IMG/VR virus record: IMGVR_UViG_3300012964_000003
Span: 1 to 64,000 of that record
Length of the DNA stretch: 64,000 bases
DNA from: a virus
Direction: 5' to 3' (one strand)
The translations under genes were made by a program, and so were the position numbers. The notes below the pieces were generated by a model. That model had not been told where the DNA came from, did not search any database, and saw only the letters and a list, made by a program, of their open reading frames with translations. Shown one piece after another: positions 54,170-63,889 of this stretch; position 1 is the stretch's first letter, and every line of letters begins with the position of its first letter.

Positions 54170-55107
54170 CTAACCGTCCGCTCAATTCCTTGGGCCAGAG
54201 GAACAGTGGAGGCGTGCTGTAAGTCGCGTTGGGCCTTGGTCACGTCCACTTCCTTGTGCAGAGTCGTTCGCGGTTCTGCATCCTTGTAAAGGACCCCCAG
54301 CGATACATCATCGATGCCCACTGAAGCGAGAATCAGGTCCGAGAGTTCCTTCATGGTTACTCGCTCAGTGCCTGCTATGTTGTAGACCTCTCCCGGGATG
54401 AAGTTGTCCGTGATGTTGGCCAACGTACGAACGGTGTCCTCGACGTAGCTGTGAGTTCGTGAATGGCCGAGATAGACCGTGTATGGGATGCCCTTGAGGG
54501 CGTGATGGATGAATCTGGGTACAGCCCCCCGATAAGGATGGTAGACCTCACCTGGGCCGTAGGTGTTGAACAGACGAACTCGAACAGTTGATGTATCGCT
54601 GTTGAGCGCCTGAAGTTCGTTAACCCATTTGGTGATGGCATACTCATTCAGGTGGTGTATGGCGTGAGTCTCTGGCACTGTCTCAACCATGGTTCCGGCC
54701 CAGTCGCCATAGACCTCAGAGGAGGAGAAGATGACGACTTGGCTGGCGTATTGACCGGCAACTGAGAGAACATTCCGTGTACCAACCACATTGGTGCGCC
54801 AAAGATTCTCATAGTACATCTCTCCGTTGTGCCGGCCGAACTCTGCTGCCAGATGGTAGACGGTCTCTGGACAGGACCATCTGAATAGTCTCTCAACTTG
54901 TCGGTACTCGCCAACGTCACAGCGATGCATGTGCAGATGGTTGAGAAGGTCGGAGGCGAACACATCGTGTCCGCGCCCGCTCAACTCTCTCAGCAGGTGC
55001 TGGCCAATGTGTCCCGCTGCGCCAGTCACAAGAATTCGGGAGGGCCGCATAGTGCGCATCTCACTCATTCCGCCCCCAATCTCTCTCCTCATTTGCCCGC
55101 CAACCAC
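54145..55107 (-). CDS. NAD-dependent epimerase/dehydratase
   Basis: ILVTGAAGHIGQHLL (GxxGxxG) and YAITK (the YxxxK catalytic pair). Confidence 0.75.
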   Translation of the reverse strand: MVGGQMRREIGGGMSEMRTMRPSRILVTGAAGHIGQHLLRELSGRGHDVFASDLLNHLHMHRCDVGEYRQVERLFRWSCPETVYHLAAEFGRHNGEMYYENLWRTNVVGTRNVLSVAGQYASQVVIFSSSEVYGDWAGTMVETVPETHAIHHLNEYAITKWVNELQALNSDTSTVRVRLFNTYGPGEVYHPYRGAVPRFIHHALKGIPYTVYLGHSRTHSYVEDTVRTLANITDNFIPGEVYNIAGTERVTMKELSDLILASVGIDDVSLGVLYKDAEPRTTLHKEVDVTKAQRDLQHASTVPLAQGIERTVRWMKDLVR

Positions 55108-55825
55108 CTACGTTTGCTTTCTGCCAGAAGATGCCTTCATTCTGCTTACCTTGCTGGCCAGGACGGTTATAGTGGTACTGGTGAAGAACTGTTGCGTCTA
55201 GCCAACACACCGGCACCTGATGTACGGCCAAGCGCCGTATCCAGTCGTTGTCCTCCCAGGCCACGCCCATCCTGAAGTCCTCATCAAAACCGCCCATCTC
55301 CACATAGAGGGCCTTGGGCATGACGGCCCACCAGTGGAATGGGCGCGGGTTGTAGTCGGGATGCGCGTACCAGGCGTCTTCACCTTCCGCTGAGGCTGCC
55401 CTGTCATGGAAGGTCATGTTCTGCAAGATGGCATTGATGTAGTTGGGACTGCGAGGATTCAGGGCATTGATAAGCATCTGTGTCTCGTGAGAGACCGAGT
55501 AGGCTCTCGCGATTGCGTAGTCGGGCGTGCCATCTGGCAGCTTGAGATTCGGTGAGATGGGCAGACATTCTGGGTTGCTGAGAATGATGGTGTCGCCTTC
55601 AGCAGCACGGACACCGACATTGAAGGGTACACACGGATTGGACCCTGGCCGGTTGATTGTGATGCACTTGATGTTGAGTTCAGGCAAGTCTTGCAGTGCT
55701 GGTGGTTTGCTTGACTTGTCATCAACGATGATGAACTCACCCTCAAATCCGAGATTGTCATATGCCCAGAGCGTGTTGGTCAGAACTTCTGGTCGATTGA
55801 AGTAGGGCATGATGACCGACATCAT
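55061..55825 (-). CDS. glycosyltransferase family 2
   Basis: VIMPYFNRPEVL and IIVDDKS motifs. Confidence 0.6.
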   Translation of the reverse strand: MMSVIMPYFNRPEVLTNTLWAYDNLGFEGEFIIVDDKSSKPPALQDLPELNIKCITINRPGSNPCVPFNVGVRAAEGDTIILSNPECLPISPNLKLPDGTPDYAIARAYSVSHETQMLINALNPRSPNYINAILQNMTFHDRAASAEGEDAWYAHPDYNPRPFHWWAVMPKALYVEMGGFDEDFRMGVAWEDNDWIRRLAVHQVPVCWLDATVLHQYHYNRPGQQGKQNEGIFWQKANVGGWRANEERDWGRNE

Positions 55826-57195
55826 TTGGTGCCACCCATTCCCATATCAAAGTCTCCGAGAGCGGGCAAGAATTCGACCTTCTCAAACCCAACCTCTTCC
55901 ATCAATACTTCAAGCGTATCTGGGCTATAGGTTGAAAGATGTGCATCCCACATGTGCATCTGCCCGCCCATGTAATTGAGCTGCAGGTCCTCCCAGGTCT
56001 TGCACTTCACCCAGTTGGCAATGTTGGGAAGATGAAGTTCCAGGGTCCCGCCAGGCCGTAGGACACGATAGAACTCGCCCAGAACCAATTTGACCTTCCG
56101 CCAAGGTACATGTTCAAGGAAGTGGCTGCTGTACAGCATGTCCCACTCACCCTCTTCCATTGGCAATGGTTCTTTGACCACGTCATGAACAATCTCGATG
56201 TCAGGAAGGTCCTGAACATCTAGATGAACAAATCCCGGTAGCGGTAGAACTCCAGCTCCAATCTCGAGAGCCTTCTTGTCGTAGGGTTGCCAGTAGATTG
56301 GCATGCCGGGTCGCCCCTCCACCAAAGAAGGACCCGGCGTCTCAATCTTGAAAGGCCTCTTCTTGCCGAGGTACTCGTCATAATAGCGCCTGAACAGAAT
56401 CATGTTGGCATTGAACCATAGGCGCTTGCGTTTGGTATACTCGGATGTTGAAGTGCCGTAGCATCCATCGTCATGACCAAGATGGCGAGCTTCCTTGTCG
56501 GGGATGTAGGCATTGTGTAGACCCGCGACCTCTGCGCGCGCGCCATAGTCTGAGTCCTCACCGCCATACCATCGATAGTCTTCACTGAAGAATCCCAGGA
56601 AGTCAGTAGTTCTGCGTGGCAGAACCCAGACTCCGGCGATGTTGCCCGGACACTTTATCTCAATCTTCACGCCATCAAGCGTGACGGTCTCATAGCGACG
56701 ACCTTCAGCGTTGACTGAGCACATTGCGATGTCAGGCACAGAGAGGACGCGCATACAATCCGCCAGCCATCCTTCAGGCAGCCACAAGTCCGGGTCCAGC
56801 ATGACAATTGGGTCGCCGGATGAGAGCATGAGAACTTGGTTTCGGGCAGGAGCCACTCCCAGATTACGCGGATTCCGGAGTACCCAAGCGCCAACACCCT
56901 CACACCACTCCTTCACTCGGTCATCCGTGGACCCATTGTCGATAACCACCCATTCCCAAGGCCATTCTCTGAACTCAGGAGTGACTTCCTGAAGTCGTTT
57001 GAGTGTCTCAAGCAGAAGTTCATACCGGTCATGAACGATGACAGCAAGGGTTGCTAGAGCAGGCTTCTCGTCTGGTTCATAGTGACACTTGCTGTCATAG
57101 CTCATGTGGCCTATCTTCAATCGTGCGAGACGCTTCTTGTACTCCAGGTCAGGAGTGCCGGGAGGTGCTATCAGAACGGCTTCATCAGACAGCAT
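55822..57195 (-). CDS. bifunctional glycosyltransferase family 2 plus methyltransferase-domain protein
   Basis: N-half VIVHDRYELL...WVVIDNGSTDD (GT2). C-half GAGVLPLPGFVHLDV...LRPGGTLELHLPN (methyltransferase fold). Confidence 0.55.
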   Translation of the reverse strand: MLSDEAVLIAPPGTPDLEYKKRLARLKIGHMSYDSKCHYEPDEKPALATLAVIVHDRYELLLETLKRLQEVTPEFREWPWEWVVIDNGSTDDRVKEWCEGVGAWVLRNPRNLGVAPARNQVLMLSSGDPIVMLDPDLWLPEGWLADCMRVLSVPDIAMCSVNAEGRRYETVTLDGVKIEIKCPGNIAGVWVLPRRTTDFLGFFSEDYRWYGGEDSDYGARAEVAGLHNAYIPDKEARHLGHDDGCYGTSTSEYTKRKRLWFNANMILFRRYYDEYLGKKRPFKIETPGPSLVEGRPGMPIYWQPYDKKALEIGAGVLPLPGFVHLDVQDLPDIEIVHDVVKEPLPMEEGEWDMLYSSHFLEHVPWRKVKLVLGEFYRVLRPGGTLELHLPNIANWVKCKTWEDLQLNYMGGQMHMWDAHLSTYSPDTLEVLMEEVGFEKVEFLPALGDFDMGMGGTK

Positions 57196-57955
57196 TCATG
57201 CCTCCATCCAGTTTCGTCTGCCACTTTGCCATGAGGCGCTGGAAGTTGGCCTGGTAGTATCGAGCGGGATTCTGGTCTGGGTCCTTTTGGCATTCCTTGA
57301 TGGTCATGCTGTGGTAATGCATAAGAACAGCCTTCGGTTCGTAGATGATGCGCTGGCCAGTCTCGCGCACCTTCATGCAGAAGTCAATGTCCTCAAAGTT
57401 GGCCTGCATGTATCCATCATCCATCCCACCCACCCGATTCCAGACGGTGCGGTTAGTCAACATGCAGGCACCAGTCACGGCTGGCACCTCCATAGTTTGG
57501 CTAGCTTCGTCGATACGAGCCGGTAAGTGCATGTATCGGTGGTAGGGCAGCCAGTCCTTCTCTCTCTTCTGCCAATAGACCCCAGCGTGTTGCAGTTTGC
57601 CATTAGGCAGAACGAGCCTAGCTCCAACAATACCAACGCCCTTGGTAAAAGACCCTCGAAGAGCATCGAGCCATCCCTCTTGGGGGATGCAGTCGTTGTT
57701 AAGAAGACACACCGACCCGTATCGTGCGTACCCAACTCCGATGTTGCACCCAGTGGCGAACCCCTCATTGCGTACTTGGGGATACAGAGCTACATCATCC
57801 TGTTCCTTGAGCCATTCCAAGCTGCCGTCTGTGGAGTGATTGTCTACGACTACTATCTGGTAGTCTGTGGTATGCTTGCGAATGGCCTCGATGCATTGCT
57901 GGGTGTACGGAAGACCATTGAATGTCAGGATGACAATAGAGACACCGAAGGTCAT
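57185..57955 (-). CDS. glycosyltransferase family 2
   Basis: VSIVILTFNGLPYT and IVVVDNHSTDGS motifs. Confidence 0.7.
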   Translation of the reverse strand: MTFGVSIVILTFNGLPYTQQCIEAIRKHTTDYQIVVVDNHSTDGSLEWLKEQDDVALYPQVRNEGFATGCNIGVGYARYGSVCLLNNDCIPQEGWLDALRGSFTKGVGIVGARLVLPNGKLQHAGVYWQKREKDWLPYHRYMHLPARIDEASQTMEVPAVTGACMLTNRTVWNRVGGMDDGYMQANFEDIDFCMKVRETGQRIIYEPKAVLMHYHSMTIKECQKDPDQNPARYYQANFQRLMAKWQTKLDGGMNAV

Positions 57956-58505
57956 TTGTGCCTCAACTCCTCGATACCGTGCACAACGTCACTTTGTGAG
58001 GCCAGATAGTCAGCCTCTATCAACAAGTGGGCGTATAGACCGGCTGTCTCGAAAGTTCTGAATGGAGTCACTCCCCACCAGCTCATGTGATTCTCAACCG
58101 CCACGGCAGCCAGCTCCCAAACCTCTAACCAGGCCCCTTCATGTCCACCCATAAGTAGGTCTAAGAAGCTACGCATCTTGTGCGCTGCTAAGGCTGGATG
58201 GTCTGGCGTTGTCGTCTGCCAGTCTGGCATCCCCTTGAAGGTGTCATGGCAGACAGCCGCAAGTAAGAGCGTGTCCTTCTGCAGTGGATTCAGAGCATGC
58301 AAACGAGACAGATGCATGCTGATACGGGCCACTAAGAGTGTGTGTTCGACAAGAGTCTCGCCTGCGTGGTACTTGCCGGAGAAACTGGCTGGCGCCCTCC
58401 AGAACTCTTTGGGTGTGTCGGCTACCAAGAAGGCTTCCAGTTGTCCACGCAGACTTGGGTTTGAGATACCGACATCTGAGAGCCGGTTCAAGTCATCGCT
58501 CATGC
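57952..58505 (-). CDS. HD-domain phosphohydrolase
   Basis: Start MSDDLNRL after GAGGAGGAGAAGG. KYHAGETLVEHTL and AAVCHDTFK give an H...HD pattern. Confidence 0.55.
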
Positions 58506-58682
58506 CTTCTCCTCCTCGATACACTCGTCCACTGTCATCTGTCCGGATTCTTGCTTCATCAGTCCTCTCAACTGCATGCTGCGACACTTACCTGCAGCAT
58601 TGATGTGGACAACACCGTTCTTGCGACAACCTTGTGGCCGGTAGTGAAGACAGTGTACAACATCACAGTGCAAGTTCAGCAT
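58500..58682 (-). CDS. small Cys-rich protein, 60 aa, translationally coupled to the HD gene
   Basis: Its stop overlaps the HD start as ATGA. Confidence 0.35.
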   Translation of the reverse strand: MLNLHCDVVHCLHYRPQGCRKNGVVHINAAGKCRSMQLRGLMKQESGQMTVDECIEEEKA

Positions 58683-59193
58683 TCAAAGCCTCCTTGACCT
58701 TATTGGCGACATCTTCATCATTCTCAATGAGCCAGGCGATGGCATGGGCTTCCGCATCGAGAAAGTGTTCTGCCCGAGGACGAGGATTGAAACCGATGTA
58801 CCCCTTCTTGATAAGTTGATATGCGGTGCGCATTTGTGTTGGATGTCGCAGGATGACAGGAACACCGTGAAAGAGAAATAGATGCTGACAGAATCCTGCA
58901 AGTCTGACAGAATCAAGCAGTTCTGTGTTGAGTGCACGACCAGGATGCAAGACCGGTCGAACGTCCTCAACTATCACCGTAAGGTCCTTGTCCTTCAACA
59001 AGTCGGCCAAGTAGAACAGCATGACTCTGAGGTCTGCAGGACACAGCTCCTTACCCAGTACTGGGCAGGGCCTGTTCTCTAGATGCAGAGACAGGCCGGT
59101 CAACTTGCCGGGGTCCAACGCCAACAGTGCCTTCGAAGAGCGCGAGTTGCAGACTTGTTCCTGCAGGTCCGAGACGCTGCTCTCTTGGTTCAT
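58663..59193 (-). CDS. RuvC-like Holliday-junction resolvase (putative)
   Basis: ALLALDPGKLTGLSL (first catalytic Asp), TVIVEDV (Glu) and FLDAEAHAIAW (C-terminal D/H motif). The start is uncertain. The ORF overlaps the DnaE 3' end. Confidence 0.45.
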   Translation of the reverse strand: MNQESSVSDLQEQVCNSRSSKALLALDPGKLTGLSLHLENRPCPVLGKELCPADLRVMLFYLADLLKDKDLTVIVEDVRPVLHPGRALNTELLDSVRLAGFCQHLFLFHGVPVILRHPTQMRTAYQLIKKGYIGFNPRPRAEHFLDAEAHAIAWLIENDEDVANKVKEALNAELAL

Positions 59194-62116
59194 GTTTGGC
59201 TGACCAGTTGATGATTGATTTGACGCGCACACGGCGGAACCCCTCCTCCTTGATTCCTCTGACAAGATAGAGGTCGCCTTCCTCAAACCCCTCCCAGATG
59301 ATGCCTTTCACGCGTGGATACATCATTCGGTCAACCTTGCAGTGAATCATGCCAGTGTCGTCTTCCAGAAGAACATTTACCCACTGGTCAAGGTCAGGTC
59401 GGTAGGTCGGTTTGTCGCCCCAGTTCTTTGAATAGGCCAACTCATTCAGACTTCGAAGGTTGCGCTCCTTCACGAGTCCAACAATGGAGACCACGTGCTG
59501 GTGTCCATAGTCCAATTCGCCTATCTTGTGAGTGGCTGGACTGCTGTTTAGTCGGTCTGTGAAAGACTGCAACCCCATGAAGTCAGCCGTATCTTCTGTC
59601 TGGTCAAATGCCCCCGCCTTATTTAGCAACCCTCTGAGGCTGGGCGTAATACGAGGATTTGGGCTTTCTAAAGTCGTTGCCGCCTTCTCGCCAATACCCT
59701 TGAGAGACAGGAAGCCAGCTCTAAGTGCACCATCTTCAATTGTCCATTCTGCCCTTGACTTTCCCACCCTTACTGGCAGAATCTCGATGCCGGTGCGCAT
59801 ACATTCCCTGATTAGACCAACGTCACGTGGGTCTTGGACCAGGTTTGCCCAGTAGAACTCCAACGGATGATGAACCTTCAGCCACATGCACCAGTAGGCA
59901 AGAATGGCGTAGGACACGGAATGAGACCGGTTGAATGCCCATGAACCAAACGTACAGACGTTGTCCCAGATTGCCTTGGCTGTCTCCTCCGGCACTCCTT
60001 GTGATGTGGCACCCTTGACGAACTTGTTCCAGAAGCGATTGAACGCCTCAACGCCCTCCTTTTTGGAGATGTTCATTCGAATGAGAGCTGTGTCTTCCCA
60101 GGACATCAGCCCCACCTCACGCATAGTACGCATCACCTGTTCTTGGTAGAGCACTTGACCACGTGTATTTGCTGTGATTGCGTCTAGTGTAGGATGGACA
60201 GGCTCACTGTTCCCCGCCACATACTTTGTGGTAGCGCCACAATGAAGTGGTCCTGGACGAGACAGGGCATTGATGTCGATGAGTTGTTCGAAGTTCTGAA
60301 CATCCAACTGACGCGTCACCGACTGGGTAGACCCACCTTCCCATTGGAAGATGCCCTTGAACAGACCTTCGTTGAACCCAGCAAACACTTCTGGGTCGCT
60401 CAGGGGAAGCGCATAGAGGTCATAGATGCTCATGCCCAGCCGTTCTATGCAGCGATGAACAACTGACAGCGTTGAGATTCCCAGCACATCAATCTTCAGC
60501 ATGCCCAATGCTGCAGCATCCTTGTGGTTGATGCAGACTTGACCTTCTCTCAGGATGCTGGTGTAGTTGACGAGTGGCTCATTGCAAACAACCATGCCTG
60601 CTGCATGAACTGTCAGGCCTCGAATCTGCCCTTCAATTGCCGCTGCCCGTTTGAGCACCGGATACTCTTCCACTACTGCCTTGGCAGCCGGGAACTCTGC
60701 AAGGGTATCTTCGATGGTAAAGCTCGCTCGAGAATCACCACCGGACCGGAAGATGAGCACATTCTTGATGCGCGAGACCTTGTACCCTGGTATCTTCTCG
60801 ATTCGGGCGATATCATCAAGTGCATTCTTGCCTTTGAATGTGACATATGCGGACAGATTGGCCACACAGTCATGCCCAAATCGTTCACGCATGTATTGCT
60901 TGACCCGTTCACGGTACCGGTCTTCAAAGTCGACATCTACATCAGGCGGGTCTTCTCGGGTGATGTCGATGAATCTCTCAAATAGCAGGTCGTACTTCAT
61001 GGGGTCTACTTCTGTGATGCCCATCAGATAGCAGACCAAAGACCCTGCGGCGGAACCTCTTGCGGGGCCAACCAGGATATTGTTGTGCTTAGCCCAGTTG
61101 ATGATGTCGGCCACAATGAGAAAGTAGTCAACATACCCCTTCTTGACGATGAGGTCGTATTCGTACACTACACGGTCTCGATAGGCATCTGCATCTGAAT
61201 TACCTGCGATGTCGCGATTGACCCATCCTTCATTGATGAGTTGTCTCATGAGCGCCTGTCTCTCATCGTCAGATGCGTCTGAGAATCTCAGTTCTGGAGC
61301 CATGTCAAGACGCACATTACACCGAGCGGCAACCCCTTCTGTTGCCAGGATGGCTTCTGTCCAGTCATGATATGGATGATTCTTGGCAAACCACAGCGAC
61401 AACTCTTCTTCTGTTGACTGATGCATAGGTTGGAAGGAACCAAGGTTGGCCAATGGTATGTTTTGCCTGATTGCAACCAGAGTTCCTTGCATCTCTTCAT
61501 CTTCTGGCCGAGGATAGTGAACATCACCTGTGGCCAACAATGGCAAACCAAGGTCTTGCGAGAAACGGAGCATGGCCTTGTTGACGGTGCGGCTATCTTC
61601 TAGACTGAATGGCTGCACTTCTAGAAACAGCCTGTCCTTGAAGATGGACTGCAGACCAATCAGGATGTTCTTGGCTCGTTCTTGCTGGTCGTTTCTGATG
61701 AGGGTCGGTACAAGGCCATAGAGGCAGCCGGTCATGGCAATGAGACCCTCCGAGTGGTCTCCAAGGTCCTCCAGGTCAATGGTTGGACGATAGTAGAAGT
61801 GACCTTCTTGGTTAGCCAGAGTCATCAGGCTAGTGAGATTTCTGTACCCCTGATTGTCCATGGCTAGCAGTGTCATGTGCCCCTTACGGCGTTCATTGTT
61901 GGCAACTGACTCTACACAGTAGGCCTCGCAGCCGAAAATAGGCTTGATGTCCGCAGCACTGCATGCCTTGTTGAATCTGACGTGGCCACATATGTTGCCA
62001 TGGTCAGTAAGAGCAATGGCAGACTGACCAAGGTCCTTGGCTCTTGCTGCTATCTGTTCCGGTGTGCCAAAGCCATCAAGAAACGAGAATGTGCTGTGTA
62101 CGTGTAGATGAATCAT
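59051..62116 (-). CDS. dnaE: DNA polymerase III alpha subunit (DnaE-type), phage-encoded
   Basis: 1021 aa. N-terminal PHP domain MIHLHVHSTFSFLDGFGTPEQIA, polymerase core, and a C-terminal QLALF beta-clamp-binding-type motif. Confidence 0.9.
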   Translation of the reverse strand: MIHLHVHSTFSFLDGFGTPEQIAARAKDLGQSAIALTDHGNICGHVRFNKACSAADIKPIFGCEAYCVESVANNERRKGHMTLLAMDNQGYRNLTSLMTLANQEGHFYYRPTIDLEDLGDHSEGLIAMTGCLYGLVPTLIRNDQQERAKNILIGLQSIFKDRLFLEVQPFSLEDSRTVNKAMLRFSQDLGLPLLATGDVHYPRPEDEEMQGTLVAIRQNIPLANLGSFQPMHQSTEEELSLWFAKNHPYHDWTEAILATEGVAARCNVRLDMAPELRFSDASDDERQALMRQLINEGWVNRDIAGNSDADAYRDRVVYEYDLIVKKGYVDYFLIVADIINWAKHNNILVGPARGSAAGSLVCYLMGITEVDPMKYDLLFERFIDITREDPPDVDVDFEDRYRERVKQYMRERFGHDCVANLSAYVTFKGKNALDDIARIEKIPGYKVSRIKNVLIFRSGGDSRASFTIEDTLAEFPAAKAVVEEYPVLKRAAAIEGQIRGLTVHAAGMVVCNEPLVNYTSILREGQVCINHKDAAALGMLKIDVLGISTLSVVHRCIERLGMSIYDLYALPLSDPEVFAGFNEGLFKGIFQWEGGSTQSVTRQLDVQNFEQLIDINALSRPGPLHCGATTKYVAGNSEPVHPTLDAITANTRGQVLYQEQVMRTMREVGLMSWEDTALIRMNISKKEGVEAFNRFWNKFVKGATSQGVPEETAKAIWDNVCTFGSWAFNRSHSVSYAILAYWCMWLKVHHPLEFYWANLVQDPRDVGLIRECMRTGIEILPVRVGKSRAEWTIEDGALRAGFLSLKGIGEKAATTLESPNPRITPSLRGLLNKAGAFDQTEDTADFMGLQSFTDRLNSSPATHKIGELDYGHQHVVSIVGLVKERNLRSLNELAYSKNWGDKPTYRPDLDQWVNVLLEDDTGMIHCKVDRMMYPRVKGIIWEGFEEGDLYLVRGIKEEGFRRVRVKSIINWSAKHEPREQRLGPAGTSLQLALFEGTVGVGPRQVDRPVSASREQALPSTG

Positions 62117-62364
62117 TGGTCGTACTTGCTTCGATGAGGATGCTTGCGCTTTGGTTTGCGCCCCGGTCGATGCTTACGAGCCTTCATCTCGTCTATGTAG
62201 GCATCCTCATAGATGCGTGGTCTGCCACGCCCACGATTCTCCTTGGTTCCAGAGTCACCATCGATAAGACCCATTGCTACCTTACGATGATAGTAGCAAG
62301 GTTGTTCAGGTTCACATTCTGGGCATCCTGGATGCGACTGAACTGAGTCTGTGTCAGAGGTCAC
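62113..62364 (-). CDS. small basic protein, 83 aa
   Basis: Its stop overlaps the dnaE ATG as ATGA. Contains GRGRPR. Confidence 0.4.
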   Translation of the reverse strand: MTSDTDSVQSHPGCPECEPEQPCYYHRKVAMGLIDGDSGTKENRGRGRPRIYEDAYIDEMKARKHRPGRKPKRKHPHRSKYDQ

Positions 62365-62570
62365 TTCTTGCGCCCCTTAGGCAGACGTTTGGCGATTCCC
62401 GTTCCCTTTTGCTTGCCGAACTTCTTGCCAGACCGTTTCTTGTGCTTTGAGTACTTCTTTGTTGGGTTGCGCCCTGGTGCTCCGACTGCGAAAGATGTGT
62501 CGTCCCATAGGCGAAACTTGTGTGTTTGGGTGTGACGCCCACCACCGTGCGATGCCCAGCGTATCCTCAC
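62361..62570 (-). CDS. small highly basic protein, 69 aa; uncertain
   Basis: ORF track. Lys-rich. Confidence 0.3.
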   Translation of the reverse strand: MRIRWASHGGGRHTQTHKFRLWDDTSFAVGAPGRNPTKKYSKHKKRSGKKFGKQKGTGIAKRLPKGRKK

Positions 62571-62595
62571 TGCAGGGTTCTCCGTTGGGGGCAGG

Positions 62596-62875
62596 TCATG
62601 GCTTCACCCTGCCCCCACTAGCGACTTGAGATGCCTTCCATTCATCATCGAACCTAGTGCTCCCGTGGTCGAACCACGCTTCCCAGCAGTGCCAGCAGCA
62701 GTCCGAGTCGTCATCCGAACACAGCTGACGAAGCTCCGACATGGTCAGGTCGAGGTCGGCTGGGCATAGACCCGCAGCAGCAAGCTTCTCTGCCGCATCA
62801 CTTGCCGTTTTGGGGCGAAGTTCCTTGCGCATCCGGGCATCCAGTTCCTCGTTCGTCGCCTCACTCATGGCTTCT
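62596..62875 (-). CDS. small Cys/Trp-rich protein, about 93 aa
   Basis: Start MSEATNEEL after GAGAGGCGAGAAG. Its N-terminus is paralogous to the next gene upstream. Confidence 0.4.
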
Positions 62876-63226
62876 CGCCTCTCTGGCGGCTTGGAGAACG
62901 CGCTGCACGCATTCGGGCTTCGGCTCAGGCCAGCCGCACGTCTCCTTGCCGTCCGGCCCCTTGAGATGCTTGCAGACGTTGCCGCCGGTGAACTCAGGGT
63001 CCGGGCCGGGGTCATAGGCACCCACCTCGAACGCGGGGCAAGCCCCGCGCGCAGCTCTGTCCGCCAGCCAGTCCCTATCAGCCTCCGCTTCTCGCAGGCG
63101 GGTTGTGAGGTCACGGCGTTCAAGCTGGGCGCAGAACTCATCGTCGCCATCGCACCGGGGGGAATACTCGTCGCAGTCATCGCACAGTTCCGGTAGTTTC
63201 AGCTCCTCGTTCGTGTCCGCGCTCAT
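62861..63226 (-). CDS. small Cys-rich protein, 121 aa
   Basis: N-terminus MSADTNEEL. Confidence 0.45.
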   Translation of the reverse strand: MSADTNEELKLPELCDDCDEYSPRCDGDDEFCAQLERRDLTTRLREAEADRDWLADRAARGACPAFEVGAYDPGPDPEFTGGNVCKHLKGPDGKETCGWPEPKPECVQRVLQAAREARSHE

Positions 63227-63420
63227 CGCTCCTCCTCGTGGTATCTCCGGTCAGCCTCATCGGCCAGGATTCCCTCACGGCAAGCGTCGAGGTCGAATCC
63301 GGCGGGGCAGATGGCAGTCACCGGGCCGCACGGAACCTCCTCCTTCTCCGGCACTTCCTCCCCGCACTCCCGACACACGAGATAGACCTTGGGGCAGTCC
63401 TCGGCGTGGGGGCAGGTCAT
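63223..63420 (-). CDS. small Cys-rich protein, 65 aa
   Basis: Four Cys pairs. Confidence 0.4.
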   Translation of the reverse strand: MTCPHAEDCPKVYLVCRECGEEVPEKEEVPCGPVTAICPAGFDLDACREGILADEADRRYHEEER

Positions 63421-63683
63421 GGGGTGTCACCGTGAGCCCAGGCGAGCCAGTCGCCATCCAGCGGTGCCGTTCGACCTATCTCTCGGCACGCTGCTCCGGC
63501 ATCTGCGAGCCTAACGGCATCGAGGACTTCCGCCAGCCGCTCACACGCCTGCTTCTCGGCTGCCAGGGCGGTAGTCAGCACCTCCACGTCCGCGAACGCC
63601 TTGAGCACGATGCGCCGCGTGGTGAGGGGGAGCTTCATCAGGGCGCGGCGGTCCATGTCGGTGGGGACGGTTCGGTCGCTCAT
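63417..63683 (-). CDS. hypothetical protein, 88 aa
   Basis: ORF track. Coupled to its neighbours. Confidence 0.45.
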   Translation of the reverse strand: MSDRTVPTDMDRRALMKLPLTTRRIVLKAFADVEVLTTALAAEKQACERLAEVLDAVRLADAGAACREIGRTAPLDGDWLAWAHGDTP

Positions 63684-63889
63684 GACTGCTCAACCTCCAT
63701 CTCCCAGCGGATGCGTTTCTTTGACCAGAAGTTGAAGACGTAGCGGCTCCCATCCGCCCGGTTGACCGCCAGCCAGATTCGGTCATCGTCCATCCGCTCG
63801 ATGTGGACGCTCACAGCCGCGAGAAACACGTCGTCGAGCCCGTCTTCGTCACAGTCGATTCGGTCCTTCACGACGGAAGCCTCATCCAT
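63680..63889 (-). CDS. hypothetical protein
   Basis: Start trimmed to MDEASVV. Confidence 0.4.
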   Translation of the reverse strand: MDEASVVKDRIDCDEDGLDDVFLAAVSVHIERMDDDRIWLAVNRADGSRYVFNFWSKKRIRWEMEVEQS

